Below are positions 1-8,623 of a stretch of DNA of 32,000 nucleotides, in pieces. Numbering within the stretch: position 1 is the stretch's first letter; each line of letters opens with the position of its first letter. A program made the translations under genes and the position numbers. Source of the stretch: an uncultured delta proteobacterium (GTDB taxonomy: Bacteria; Desulfobacterota; Syntrophorhabdia; Syntrophorhabdales; WCHB1-27); the NCBI GenBank assembly GCA_963816715.1, contig CAWFMJ010000024.1, positions 14,111-46,110 on the forward strand. The letters run 5' to 3'. The notes beneath the pieces are model-generated. The model had not been told where the DNA came from and ran no database searches. It saw nothing but the letters and a program-made list of their open reading frames with translations.

Positions 1-3000
1 AGGTATTGGCGCCGCTGAATGAAGAGTCGGTGCGCAAGGCAGTGCGATACCTGAAGAGTAAGAAGGTCGAATCCATCGCGGTGATGCTTATGTTCTCGCC
101 CATTCATCCCCAACACGAGGAGAGAATTGGCGAGATCGTTCGAGAGGAATGCCCCGGCGTCTATGTCGCCTTGTCATCTAAAATATTGCCCGTAATAGGT
201 GAGACCGAGAGATGGAGCACCACGATGTTCAGCGCCTACGTGGCCCCCGCAGTCAGCAGGTACCTGGCGGATCTGCGGCAGGCCCTCAAAGAATCGGGCT
301 TCAAGGGAGAATTGGCCTTCACGCAGAGCAACGGGGGGATCGCCACTCCCGACATCGTTCTCGACAACCCGGCAGTGCTGCTTCTTTCAGGTCCCGCGGC
401 GGGTCCGTCCCTCGGCCTTGCCCTCGGAGGCGTTCATGGTTCGCAGAACATCCTTTCCGTTGACATGGGAGGCACCAGTTTTGACGTGGGCGTCGTCTAC
501 GATGGAAACGTGAACATCGTGCAGCAAAAGATTATCGACGCCAAGAAATTCAGCCTCCCGTCTGTAGACGTGGCGGCGGCAGGAGCAGGCGGAGGGAGCA
601 TTGCGTGGATCGACGCGAGCGGAAGACTTCAAGTGGGTCCCAAGAGCGCGGGCGCCTATCCGGGCCCTGCCTGCTATGGCACGGGCGGCACGGAACCGAC
701 GGTCACCGATGCCGACGTTGTGCTCGGCTACATCGACCCGGAATTCTTCCTCGGCGGGGAGACAAAACTCAGGAAGGACCTCGCGGAAAAAGCCATCAAA
801 GAGAAGATAGCCGACCCGCTCGGCATGTCGGTGATCGACGCGGCCGCGGCAATCTACGACATCGTGAACGCGGTCATGGCGGGCGCCACGGACGTGAGCT
901 TTGCGAAACGCGGGTACGACCCGAGAGAGTTCACGCTGTGCGCCGCAGGCGGAGCGGCGCCCGTGCACGCCGTGCCGATCATGGAAGAGCTCGGCATCAA
1001 GAAATTGATCATACCGAAAGTCGCCCCAACCTACTGTGCTTTCGGGATGATGTTCTGCGACCTGAAGCACGACTACACGAAACCCTACGCATCCGAGACG
1101 ACGAAGGCGGACCTCGCCCTTATGAATCGTCTCTACGACGACATGGAGAAAATGGGCCGGGAGACCTTGAAGCGCGAAGGCGTCTCCCCGGAAGACGTGG
1201 TCATTGAGAAATCGATGGAGGTCAGGTACTACGGTCAGTTCCGGCAGCGATTTGCGAAGGTCCCCGCGGGGGACGTGACCGATGAGACGCTCAAGGCGAC
1301 AATTGACAACTTTCACGAGGTGCACAGTTCGGCCATGGGTTACGCCGATCCTGCCTTTCCCACCGAGATAATGTGTCTTCACCTGACGGCCGCCGCCAAC
1401 TTGGCAAAGCCCGAACTACGGGCAACGAACGGAGGGGCAGGTGAGTCGGCGTCGGCAGTGAAGGGCGCCCGGGAAGCCTATTTTGACGGTCATGGCACGA
1501 TGAGGGCGAAGGTTTACGATGGGAATAAGCTCTTCGCAGGCAACAGCGTCGAAGGTCCCGCCATCATCGAAGAAAAGTTCACGACTGTCGTGATACCTCC
1601 TGCCGCGACGGCTTCGGTAGATATCGTCGGGAATTACCTCGTGACCACCGACGGGACAGCCGGAAGCAAACGACCGACGAAGGAATCGGGAGGCAACGTC
1701 GATCCGACGACCTTCTCGGTGATTTGGAACAAATTCGAGTACCTGGCCGACCAGATAGGGCAGAAGATACTCTACTCCACGCAATCCTTTGTGACGGCGA
1801 ACGCCCGCGACCTCGGCCAGACGCTCTTGAACAAAGCCGGGAAGATTGTCGTTGCGTCGGCCTATTTGCCCATCCATACGCTTGTGGCTGAAGAAGCCAT
1901 CAGAGGCATTGAGTCCTATTTTCACGGCGACTACGAGCCGGGCGATTTCGTCGTGTCGAACGACCCTTACATTGTCAAGGGAGGACACCTTCCCGACTGG
2001 AATTTCATCAGGCCAATCTTTTACAAGGGCGAACACATCGGGTACTTCCAGGCAAAGACGCACGTTACCGACACAGGCGGCTTTCTGCCCGGAGGATACG
2101 GACCCGGCGCCTATGACATAATCGCCGAAGGGCTCAACATCCCCCCTATCAAGGTCTACAAAAAAGGAGTCCTGCAAAAAGAACTATGGGGATTTCTGTT
2201 GCGCAATATCAGGAACCCTACCGAAGTGGACATGGATACCAATCTGATAAACGGCGCAATGGCCCAGGCTGAAGAACAAGTGGCGTTGCTCTGCGACAAG
2301 TATGGCGTCGAAGCCGTCAAGGCCTGTCTGACGGAAATAGTGGCCGCAGGCGAAAAGGCAATGCGTGCGGAAATCGCCAAGATACCCGATGGCGTTTACT
2401 ACGGGGAATCGGCCACGGACTGGGACGGCAAGACGGACAAACCAATCTTCGTCCGGGTGAAGACTACCGTGAAGGGAGAGGAGATTACCTTCGACTTCTC
2501 GGACAGCGACCCCCAGGCTACCTTTGTCAACGTTCCCCTCGGTCTCACCAAAATGGATGTACTGCCCGGCTTCTATTCGCTCATCGATCCCAGCGTCCCG
2601 AAGAACGGCGGCACCATGAACCCCGTCACCGTGATCGCGCCCGAAGGAACCGTCGTGAACCCTCAGTACCCCGCAACGGTAGGGGCGTCGCAGATCGCCT
2701 GCGGCATCCAGATAGAGGAAGCCTGCATGTATGCTCTCAACCAGGCCATGCCCGATCGGGCTATGGCGGGATGGTCGAAGCATCTTTGCCCCATTCAGTT
2801 AGGCATGGATCCGAGGATCGTCGATCCGCGAACAGGACACATCAAACAGTACTGGTCCGAAACCTTCGGCTCTGACGGAGGGTCGGGCGCCCTCAAAGGC
2901 TATGACGGGTGGCAGGGAGTTGCCATCCTCGGGTCAGGGGCGAACTTCGGGAGGCCGAACATGGAGTTCTATGAAGCAACCTGTCCCTACCTAGTGACAA

Positions 3001-3467
3001 AGTACGAGATCCTTCCTGACTGGGAAGGCGCCGGCGAGTTCCGCGGCGGTCCGGGCACCTTTGTCGAACTCGTCGCCTACACTGCCGAGGGGGCGCCATC
3101 CCTGATCATGACGGGAAACAGCGACGGGACGAGATTCACCGTGCCGGGCGCTGCAGGCGGCCAGGATGGGCCCAAGGCAGAGATGTACCTGGAAGCCGTC
3201 GACGGGACCCGGAGAGTCCTTCGCACGATGACCACCGTCCCCATTTTTCCGGGCGAAAAATGCGCGAGCAGGGCAGCCGGCGGAGGAGGGTGGGGAAACC
3301 CGCTCAATCGGGACCCGCAGCGCGTTCAAAACGATGTGATCGAGGGACTCGTATCGCTCCAGAGAGCAAGGGATGTCTATGGGGTCGTCTTCTACCCGGA
3401 GACGTTTGAGGTGGATGCGGCGGCTACGGACGCTCTCAGAAAAGCGATGAAGGCAAAGCAGGCTTAA
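1..3467 (+). CDS. Fused hydantoinase/oxoprolinase-family protein (HyuA-like N-half + HyuB-like C-half), 5' end cut by window edge
   Basis: One continuous 1153-codon frame is open from the first bases of the window. The track start at 6 is a TTG inside the domain, so the true start lies upstream. The N-half carries hydantoinase A/ASKHA-type segments (LLLSGPAAGP, SVDMGGTSFDVG, AAGAGGGSIAW). From about nt 1690 (DPTTFSVIWNKFEYLADQIGQKILYSTQSFVTANARD, SNDPYIVKGGHLPD) it is hydantoinase B/oxoprolinase-like. Stop TAA at 3465-3467. Confidence 0.85.
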   Translation, partial: VLAPLNEESVRKAVRYLKSKKVESIAVMLMFSPIHPQHEERIGEIVREECPGVYVALSSKILPVIGETERWSTTMFSAYVAPAVSRYLADLRQALKESGFKGELAFTQSNGGIATPDIVLDNPAVLLLSGPAAGPSLGLALGGVHGSQNILSVDMGGTSFDVGVVYDGNVNIVQQKIIDAKKFSLPSVDVAAAGAGGGSIAWIDASGRLQVGPKSAGAYPGPACYGTGGTEPTVTDADVVLGYIDPEFFLGGETKLRKDLAEKAIKEKIADPLGMSVIDAAAAIYDIVNAVMAGATDVSFAKRGYDPREFTLCAAGGAAPVHAVPIMEELGIKKLIIPKVAPTYCAFGMMFCDLKHDYTKPYASETTKADLALMNRLYDDMEKMGRETLKREGVSPEDVVIEKSMEVRYYGQFRQRFAKVPAGDVTDETLKATIDNFHEVHSSAMGYADPAFPTEIMCLHLTAAANLAKPELRATNGGAGESASAVKGAREAYFDGHGTMRAKVYDGNKLFAGNSVEGPAIIEEKFTTVVIPPAATASVDIVGNYLVTTDGTAGSKRPTKESGGNVDPTTFSVIWNKFEYLADQIGQKILYSTQSFVTANARDLGQTLLNKAGKIVVASAYLPIHTLVAEEAIRGIESYFHGDYEPGDFVVSNDPYIVKGGHLPDWNFIRPIFYKGEHIGYFQAKTHVTDTGGFLPGGYGPGAYDIIAEGLNIPPIKVYKKGVLQKELWGFLLRNIRNPTEVDMDTNLINGAMAQAEEQVALLCDKYGVEAVKACLTEIVAAGEKAMRAEIAKIPDGVYYGESATDWDGKTDKPIFVRVKTTVKGEEITFDFSDSDPQATFVNVPLGLTKMDVLPGFYSLIDPSVPKNGGTMNPVTVIAPEGTVVNPQYPATVGASQIACGIQIEEACMYALNQAMPDRAMAGWSKHLCPIQLGMDPRIVDPRTGHIKQYWSETFGSDGGSGALKGYDGWQGVAILGSGANFGRPNMEFYEATCPYLVTKYEILPDWEGAGEFRGGPGTFVELVAYTAEGAPSLIMTGNSDGTRFTVPGAAGGQDGPKAEMYLEAVDGTRRVLRTMTTVPIFPGEKCASRAAGGGGWGNPLNRDPQRVQNDVIEGLVSLQRARDVYGVVFYPETFEVDAAATDALRKAMKAKQA

Positions 3468-3543
3468 ACGAAATAGCTGCAGGACTTGGACAAGATCAAG
3501 CAGACCGGTTTTCGGCAGCACCACCAAGCTTGGAGGGGGAAGA

Positions 3544-4470
3544 ATGAAGATTCTGGGATTGAGCTGCGGAAGAAAGATGGGAAATTCAGAGGTTCTCGTG
3601 AAGGCGGCCCTCATGGGAGCCGAAGAGGCCGGGGCAGACGTCGAGATCATGCGACTCATGGATTTGCACATAAAGCCGTGCAGGGGCTGCGAGAGCTGTA
3701 CGGCGAAAATGGCGAAAGGCGAACTGGCCGAGTGCGTGATCAAGGGCGATGACCTGGGCTTCGTGGCGGAGAAATTCGGAGCGTTTCAAGGTCTTATCGT
3801 CGGCTCGCCGGTCTATTTTCTCGCCCCGCCGGGCTATCTGAAGGTGCTTACCGACCGGATGATATCGAGAGAAATCAACGCCACCATGGCGGCAGCCAGG
3901 GATGGGGAAAAGAAACGGCCCGTCGGGCTTATCGCCGTGGGCGGCGGAAACAAGTCGTGGACGCCGATGGGCCTGTCTTTGATGAAGCTTCTCACCTTTA
4001 CGGAATTCACAACAATAGACCAATTGCACGTTACGGAAGCGGCCCGCCCTGCCCAGATCCTTCTCGACGAGCGAGCGCTGGGCAAGGCAAAAGTACTGGG
4101 CAGGCACGTTGCTCAGGCAGCGGCAGGGCCGGCTGACGCCATGACGTTTATGGGGGATGACGCGGGAATCTGTCCCGTCTGTCACTCCAATATGGTTGTC
4201 CACTTGAAGCAGGGGCCGACCGTGGAGTGCCCGATCTGCGGCGCTGCCGGGACACTGAAGCTTGAGGGAGACAATGTCGCCATGGTCCTCGACGAGGCAA
4301 GCATGAAAACGAACCGCTCCACCCTCGGGGGCAGGCTGCACCACTTTCTTGAGATCAAGGAGATACACGAGCGGTACTACGCAAACATCGACGAAGTTCA
4401 GAAAAGAGAGGAGAAGTACAAATCCTACCTCTCATACCTCATGCCGCCGACCGGCAAAGGGGCTCGGTGA
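3544..4470 (+). CDS. Iron-sulfur flavoprotein-like (flavodoxin-fold NAD(P)H/FMN reductase family) with C-terminal Cys4 zinc-ribbon extension
   Basis: ATG is preceded by GGAGGGGG. The N-terminus MKILGLSCGRKMGNSEVL is typical of the flavodoxin-like fold. It has a compact Cys motif, CRGCESC...C (CX2CX2CX11C), like Isf-type 4Fe-4S sites. The motif GSPVYF is present. The C-terminus carries CPVC...CPIC at 4171-4239. Confidence 0.7.
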   Translation: MKILGLSCGRKMGNSEVLVKAALMGAEEAGADVEIMRLMDLHIKPCRGCESCTAKMAKGELAECVIKGDDLGFVAEKFGAFQGLIVGSPVYFLAPPGYLKVLTDRMISREINATMAAARDGEKKRPVGLIAVGGGNKSWTPMGLSLMKLLTFTEFTTIDQLHVTEAARPAQILLDERALGKAKVLGRHVAQAAAGPADAMTFMGDDAGICPVCHSNMVVHLKQGPTVECPICGAAGTLKLEGDNVAMVLDEASMKTNRSTLGGRLHHFLEIKEIHERYYANIDEVQKREEKYKSYLSYLMPPTGKGAR

Positions 4471-4584
4471 AGGGTTGAAGAGGCGCTCCAAGAAGCGGGA
4501 GAAGCAGGGGGACCCAGCTCGGGCGGATAGGCAAAGCGCTCTACGGGTCGAACGCCAAAAACCATTTCCAGAAAGGGAGGGCAC

Positions 4585-5856
4585 ATGAAGGAAGAAAGTT
4601 ACCCCGGTTACAGGTGGTTTGTCATAGTGGCCATGGGAATCATTGTTGTTGCCCAGGGAATAGTCCTCATAGCTCCGGCGCCGCTGGTGGGGGTTGTTGC
4701 GAAGAAGCTGGGGATGACGATAGGCCAGGCAACGGGCGGCACGATGGGACTCTTCACCATCGTGGTGGCGGTCGTCTCCATGGCGGGCGGGCCTCTCATG
4801 GACAAACTCGGGTCGGCTTGGTCAAGGATCCTTTCTGTTGCGCTTATGCTCATCGGTACGTTGCTCATGCCGATTATCGGAACGTCTTTCGGCGGACTTC
4901 TCGTCTGCAGGGCCATACAGGCGGTCGGGGCGGCATTCACCATGGGTTCTCTTGCCAGGATTGCTTCCGACTGGTTCCCGCCGAACCAAAGGTCGCTTGC
5001 CGTGGGACTTCAGGGCACGGGGCAGGCAATAGGCATCGCCCTGGGGTTTGCTCTCATACCGTCGGCCTTTGCACGCAGCGGCAACCTTGAATGGTCTTTG
5101 ACCACGTCAACAACAATAGCGCTCGCAGTAGGAGGAGTGCTGGGCCTGATAATCCTGTTTGGACCCAAGCCGCCTATCCAGGCCGCGGTCAGCGGTTCAT
5201 CGGCGCCGACGGGTTTGTTCAGGCGCGCAGTCGCCACGCCGGCGACATGGGTCGCCATCGTTGGCGGCGCGGTGATGACCTGGGTCTATATGGCATTTAA
5301 CGATCTCACCCCCGGATATCTAGCAATAGACAAACCCGTCGGGCTTGGCTTAGGGCCGGTGCACGCCGGTCAAATCATGATCGGCGCGCAACTATCCTTC
5401 ATGCTTGGCTGCATCTTTACAGGAATCATCATCGAAAAACTGTTCCGCGGCAGTACGAGACCGCTGCTCGTCATCTGTACGATCGGGTCCGCCGTCTGCG
5501 TGTACGCCGTCAAGTCTCAAGCAGTCCTCGCCAGCCAACCCCTTCTCCTGGCGACGATAGTGCTCGCCGGGTTCTTCCTGGGAGTCCCTCTGGCTGCCGC
5601 GCTCGGATTCCTCGCAAAATATTATCCGAATCAAATATCGGGCGCTCTTGGGGGGCTGGGAATGGGAATCTCGATCCTCCTCGGCGCCATAGGGTTGAAC
5701 GTCAATGCCTATCTGCTGCACACAACCGGCTTCTATTTCACCTCCATCACGCTCATAACGGTTCTATCGATTGTCTCCTTCGTCATCTGTCTCTTTCTCG
5801 TGCCTCCCAAGGCATTCGGCGTTCAACGCGAAGCGGGGCTTGCCCTGAACACGTGA
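4585..5856 (+). CDS. MFS-type transporter
   Basis: 423 aa and strongly hydrophobic throughout, with about 12 predicted helices by eye and a glycine-rich MFS-like pattern. RBS GGGAGGG lies upstream of the ATG at 4585. Confidence 0.8.
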   Translation: MKEESYPGYRWFVIVAMGIIVVAQGIVLIAPAPLVGVVAKKLGMTIGQATGGTMGLFTIVVAVVSMAGGPLMDKLGSAWSRILSVALMLIGTLLMPIIGTSFGGLLVCRAIQAVGAAFTMGSLARIASDWFPPNQRSLAVGLQGTGQAIGIALGFALIPSAFARSGNLEWSLTTSTTIALAVGGVLGLIILFGPKPPIQAAVSGSSAPTGLFRRAVATPATWVAIVGGAVMTWVYMAFNDLTPGYLAIDKPVGLGLGPVHAGQIMIGAQLSFMLGCIFTGIIIEKLFRGSTRPLLVICTIGSAVCVYAVKSQAVLASQPLLLATIVLAGFFLGVPLAAALGFLAKYYPNQISGALGGLGMGISILLGAIGLNVNAYLLHTTGFYFTSITLITVLSIVSFVICLFLVPPKAFGVQREAGLALNT

Positions 5857-5870
5857 ACTTCACCGCTTCT

Positions 5871-5925
5871 GTGAGGCGCACAAGGGGCAACAGCGCGAAG
5901 GCCTGCTGCTCCTTGTGCGCCTCAC
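5871..5925. repeat. Perfect 15-bp inverted repeat (GTGAGGCGCACAAGG / CCTTGTGCGCCTCAC) with 25-nt loop, between the MFS and SnoaL-like genes
   Basis: Read directly: left arm 5871-5885, right arm 5911-5925. The loop contains a further CAGC/GCTG pairing. No T-tract follows. The track's GTG start at 5915 lies inside the right arm. Confidence 0.6.
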
Positions 5926-5950
5926 AGAGCAAGTAATGGAGATTACGGCA

Positions 5951-6424
5951 ATGGATAATCCTCTCGAAGTAAAGGTGCAGTGGTTGTTGGACCGAACGTC
6001 GATAAGCGAATTACTTTACAGCTTCGCCCATTCTCTCGACACAGGCGACGTGGAACAATATGCGAACAATTATGCCGAGGGCGGCGTTCTCGAACTTCCC
6101 GACCCGACGTCTGCTTCAGGCGCGACCCTCATTATCCCCCGAGACCGCATGACAGACTTTGTGCGAAAGGGGCTGCTGGCCAGGTATCGGGCTACCCACC
6201 ATATCAGCACTAACCATCAGATCGGCATCACCGGCGATACGGCCGTTTCGCGCTCGTATCTCCAGGCTGTACACGTCGGCGAGACCCCCTTCGACCACTG
6301 GGACGCAGGCGGCTGGTACGACTGCACCTACGTCAGAACGACCGAGGGGTGGAGGTTTGCGAGCGTCAGGCTGACGCCGGTATGGTTGACCGGCAAACCG
6401 GGCTCCATCGACTCCAAAGAATGA
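5951..6424 (+). CDS. SnoaL-like / NTF2-fold protein (SnoaL_4-type)
   Basis: The segments ISELLYSFAHSLDTGDVEQYANNYAEGGVLE and RATHHISTNHQIGITGDTAVSRSYLQAVHV match the NTF2/SnoaL-like polyketide cyclase pattern. The start is uncertain. GTG 5915 sits inside a hairpin and ATG 5936 is possible. ATG 5951 is preferred because GGAG lies 9 nt upstream. Confidence 0.65.
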   Translation: MDNPLEVKVQWLLDRTSISELLYSFAHSLDTGDVEQYANNYAEGGVLELPDPTSASGATLIIPRDRMTDFVRKGLLARYRATHHISTNHQIGITGDTAVSRSYLQAVHVGETPFDHWDAGGWYDCTYVRTTEGWRFASVRLTPVWLTGKPGSIDSKE

Positions 6425-6446
6425 GAGGATCAGGAAAGGAGGATGC

Positions 6447-7637
6447 ATGACAAGGGCATTAGAAGACGTGACGGTGATAGACCTTACGCAGGCGCTTGCA
6501 GGCCCGTTTTGCACCCAGCAATTGGCGTTGATGGGCGCCAACGTCATACGAATTGAGCCGCCCTCGGGCGGTTACGGAACAGCCGTCTTCGGGGGCTTCG
6601 AAATGGACATCCGGAGAAGGCTGTTCGGCACCTGTTTCGCGAACAAGAAGAATACAACCCTCAACCTGCGCACCGAGAAAGGCAAAGAGTTGTTTTTCCG
6701 TCTGGTGGAGAAGGGGGATGTAATCGTTCAGAACTTCTCGCCCGGCACTATGGAGAAGTTGGGTCTTGACTACGAGGTGCTGAAGAAAGCAAATCCCAAG
6801 ATCGTCTACTGCGCCATTTCGGGATACGGACAGACCGGGCCGTGGAAAGACAAAGTCGCCTACGACATGTTTGTTCAGGCATCGACCGGCTTCATGAGCA
6901 TGAACGGCTACCCCGATAGAGAGCCGCTCAGGGTCGGCGTACCGATCTCGGACCTGCTGGGAGGGCTCTATGCCGCTATCGGCATATTAACCGCCCTCCA
7001 TGCGCGAGATAAGGTGACCGGCGAGGGACAAATGATCGATTGCGCCATGTTCGACGCAACCATTTCGCTTCTTCAGGAAGCTGCATCCCTCAGCCTGTTT
7101 CGCGGCGAGCCTGTGCCGCGGACGGGGAACCGTCATCCCTTTGGCGCTCCCTCCGACACGTTCGACACCAGGGACGGCAAGCCGGAATATATCGGGACCC
7201 AGACGGATGGCCAGTGGAAGGCCCTCATAGGCCTGATTGCCCCGAACGATGTCGAAAAAAGGGAATGGGGCGTGCTCGACCGCCTGAAGCGCGGCGATGA
7301 GATCGATGCGATCGTCCGGGCATGGGCAAAAACGAAAACGCGGGAGGAAATCGAGGAACTCCTTTCACGTTGCGACGTGCCCTGCGCCCCTGTTCTGAAC
7401 ATGATCGAGGTTTCACAACACCCGCACACAAAAGCGAGGGAGATGTTCATTGACGCCGACGACATGTTCGGAACCATCACAGGGCTGATAGGAGTGGCGC
7501 CGAAACTGTTGGGCACGCCGGGAAGGATCGACTGGGGGATCATGGAGCGAGGGGCTTTCAATGAAGAAGTTTATGCAGGTCTCCTGGGGCTGACTGAAGA
7601 GGAGATGGATGACCTGAAGGAGAAACATGTCATCTGA
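6447..7637 (+). CDS. Family III CoA-transferase (CaiB/BaiF family)
   Basis: DLTQALAGPFCTQQLALMGANVIRIEPP and YCAISGYGQTGPW are hallmark family III CoA-transferase segments. RBS AAGGAGG lies upstream. Confidence 0.85.
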   Translation: MTRALEDVTVIDLTQALAGPFCTQQLALMGANVIRIEPPSGGYGTAVFGGFEMDIRRRLFGTCFANKKNTTLNLRTEKGKELFFRLVEKGDVIVQNFSPGTMEKLGLDYEVLKKANPKIVYCAISGYGQTGPWKDKVAYDMFVQASTGFMSMNGYPDREPLRVGVPISDLLGGLYAAIGILTALHARDKVTGEGQMIDCAMFDATISLLQEAASLSLFRGEPVPRTGNRHPFGAPSDTFDTRDGKPEYIGTQTDGQWKALIGLIAPNDVEKREWGVLDRLKRGDEIDAIVRAWAKTKTREEIEELLSRCDVPCAPVLNMIEVSQHPHTKAREMFIDADDMFGTITGLIGVAPKLLGTPGRIDWGIMERGAFNEEVYAGLLGLTEEEMDDLKEKHVI

Positions 7638-7702
7638 GCAGACGATGGACAATGCCGGGAAGTCCGCCGAACGAGTTCCGGCACAGAGGAGGAGGCGTGA
7701 GT

Positions 7703-8473
7703 ATGGGCGTCGTTGAATACCAAAAGAAGCATCATCTGTCGATTATTACTTTGAACAGACCGGAAAAACTGAATGCGTTTACCGAGGAGATGTTCGCGGC
7801 GCTAAGGGACTGCTGGACGCGCTTCCGGGACGACGAAGATGCCTGGATCGCAATACTGACGGCGCGAGGCAAATCGTTTTCCGCCGGCGCCGATAAGGAA
7901 TGGTTTCAGAAGACGCTCGCCGGCGAGGTCTCGATTGAGACCTTTGCCAGCCTGACGGCGCAGGACCCTTACTGGTCGGGAAGATTGGACAAACCCGTCA
8001 TCGCCGCAGTTAACGGATTTTGCGTGGGAGCAGGCCTCGATCTCGTGCTTCGTGCAGATCTGAGGACGGCGGCCCAAGGAGCATGGTTTCAGCAGGTCGA
8101 GGTGCAGCGAGGCAACGTGATGTTCTTCTTTGACAACCTGCCCTGCGCTATCGCCGCAGAAATGATCAGCGGCTTCCGCATCACCGCCCAACGGGCCTAC
8201 GACGTGGGCATGATCAACCGGGTTGTGCCGGACGATCAATTGATGGACCAGACGATGGAACTGGCCGAAGAGCTGTTGACAAGACAGCCGCTGGCGCTTT
8301 ATCACGCGCTCAAACTGTTGCGGGACATGAAAAACGCCTCCGCCGTCGTTCCCCGCAGTTTGATCGACCGCTATGCCACGGAACTTTCCAAAGGGTTGAT
8401 GCAGACAGAGGACTGGAAGGAAGGAACAGCGGCATTCCTCCACAAAAGGGCGCCAGCCTACAAGAAGCGGTAG
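7703..8473 (+). CDS. Enoyl-CoA hydratase/isomerase (crotonase superfamily)
   Basis: ITLNRPEKLNAF, FSAGADK and AAVNGFCVGAGLDLVLRADLR are the crotonase oxyanion-hole segments. ATG 7703 is preferred over the track start 7652 because GGAGGAGG lies immediately upstream. Confidence 0.85.
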   Translation: MGVVEYQKKHHLSIITLNRPEKLNAFTEEMFAALRDCWTRFRDDEDAWIAILTARGKSFSAGADKEWFQKTLAGEVSIETFASLTAQDPYWSGRLDKPVIAAVNGFCVGAGLDLVLRADLRTAAQGAWFQQVEVQRGNVMFFFDNLPCAIAAEMISGFRITAQRAYDVGMINRVVPDDQLMDQTMELAEELLTRQPLALYHALKLLRDMKNASAVVPRSLIDRYATELSKGLMQTEDWKEGTAAFLHKRAPAYKKR

Positions 8474-8623
8474 CTCGCCTTTTCTATCCAATATTTCCCG
8501 CGTGACAGCGACAAAAGGGGAGCATGAGTCGATCTCCCCTGATATGCGGTGGGGGGCGTTCCTGGAAGCCTCAACGTCAGGTCCGCCAGAAATGCCAAGG
8601 AGCTCCAGCGGCATGTGGTTTGC

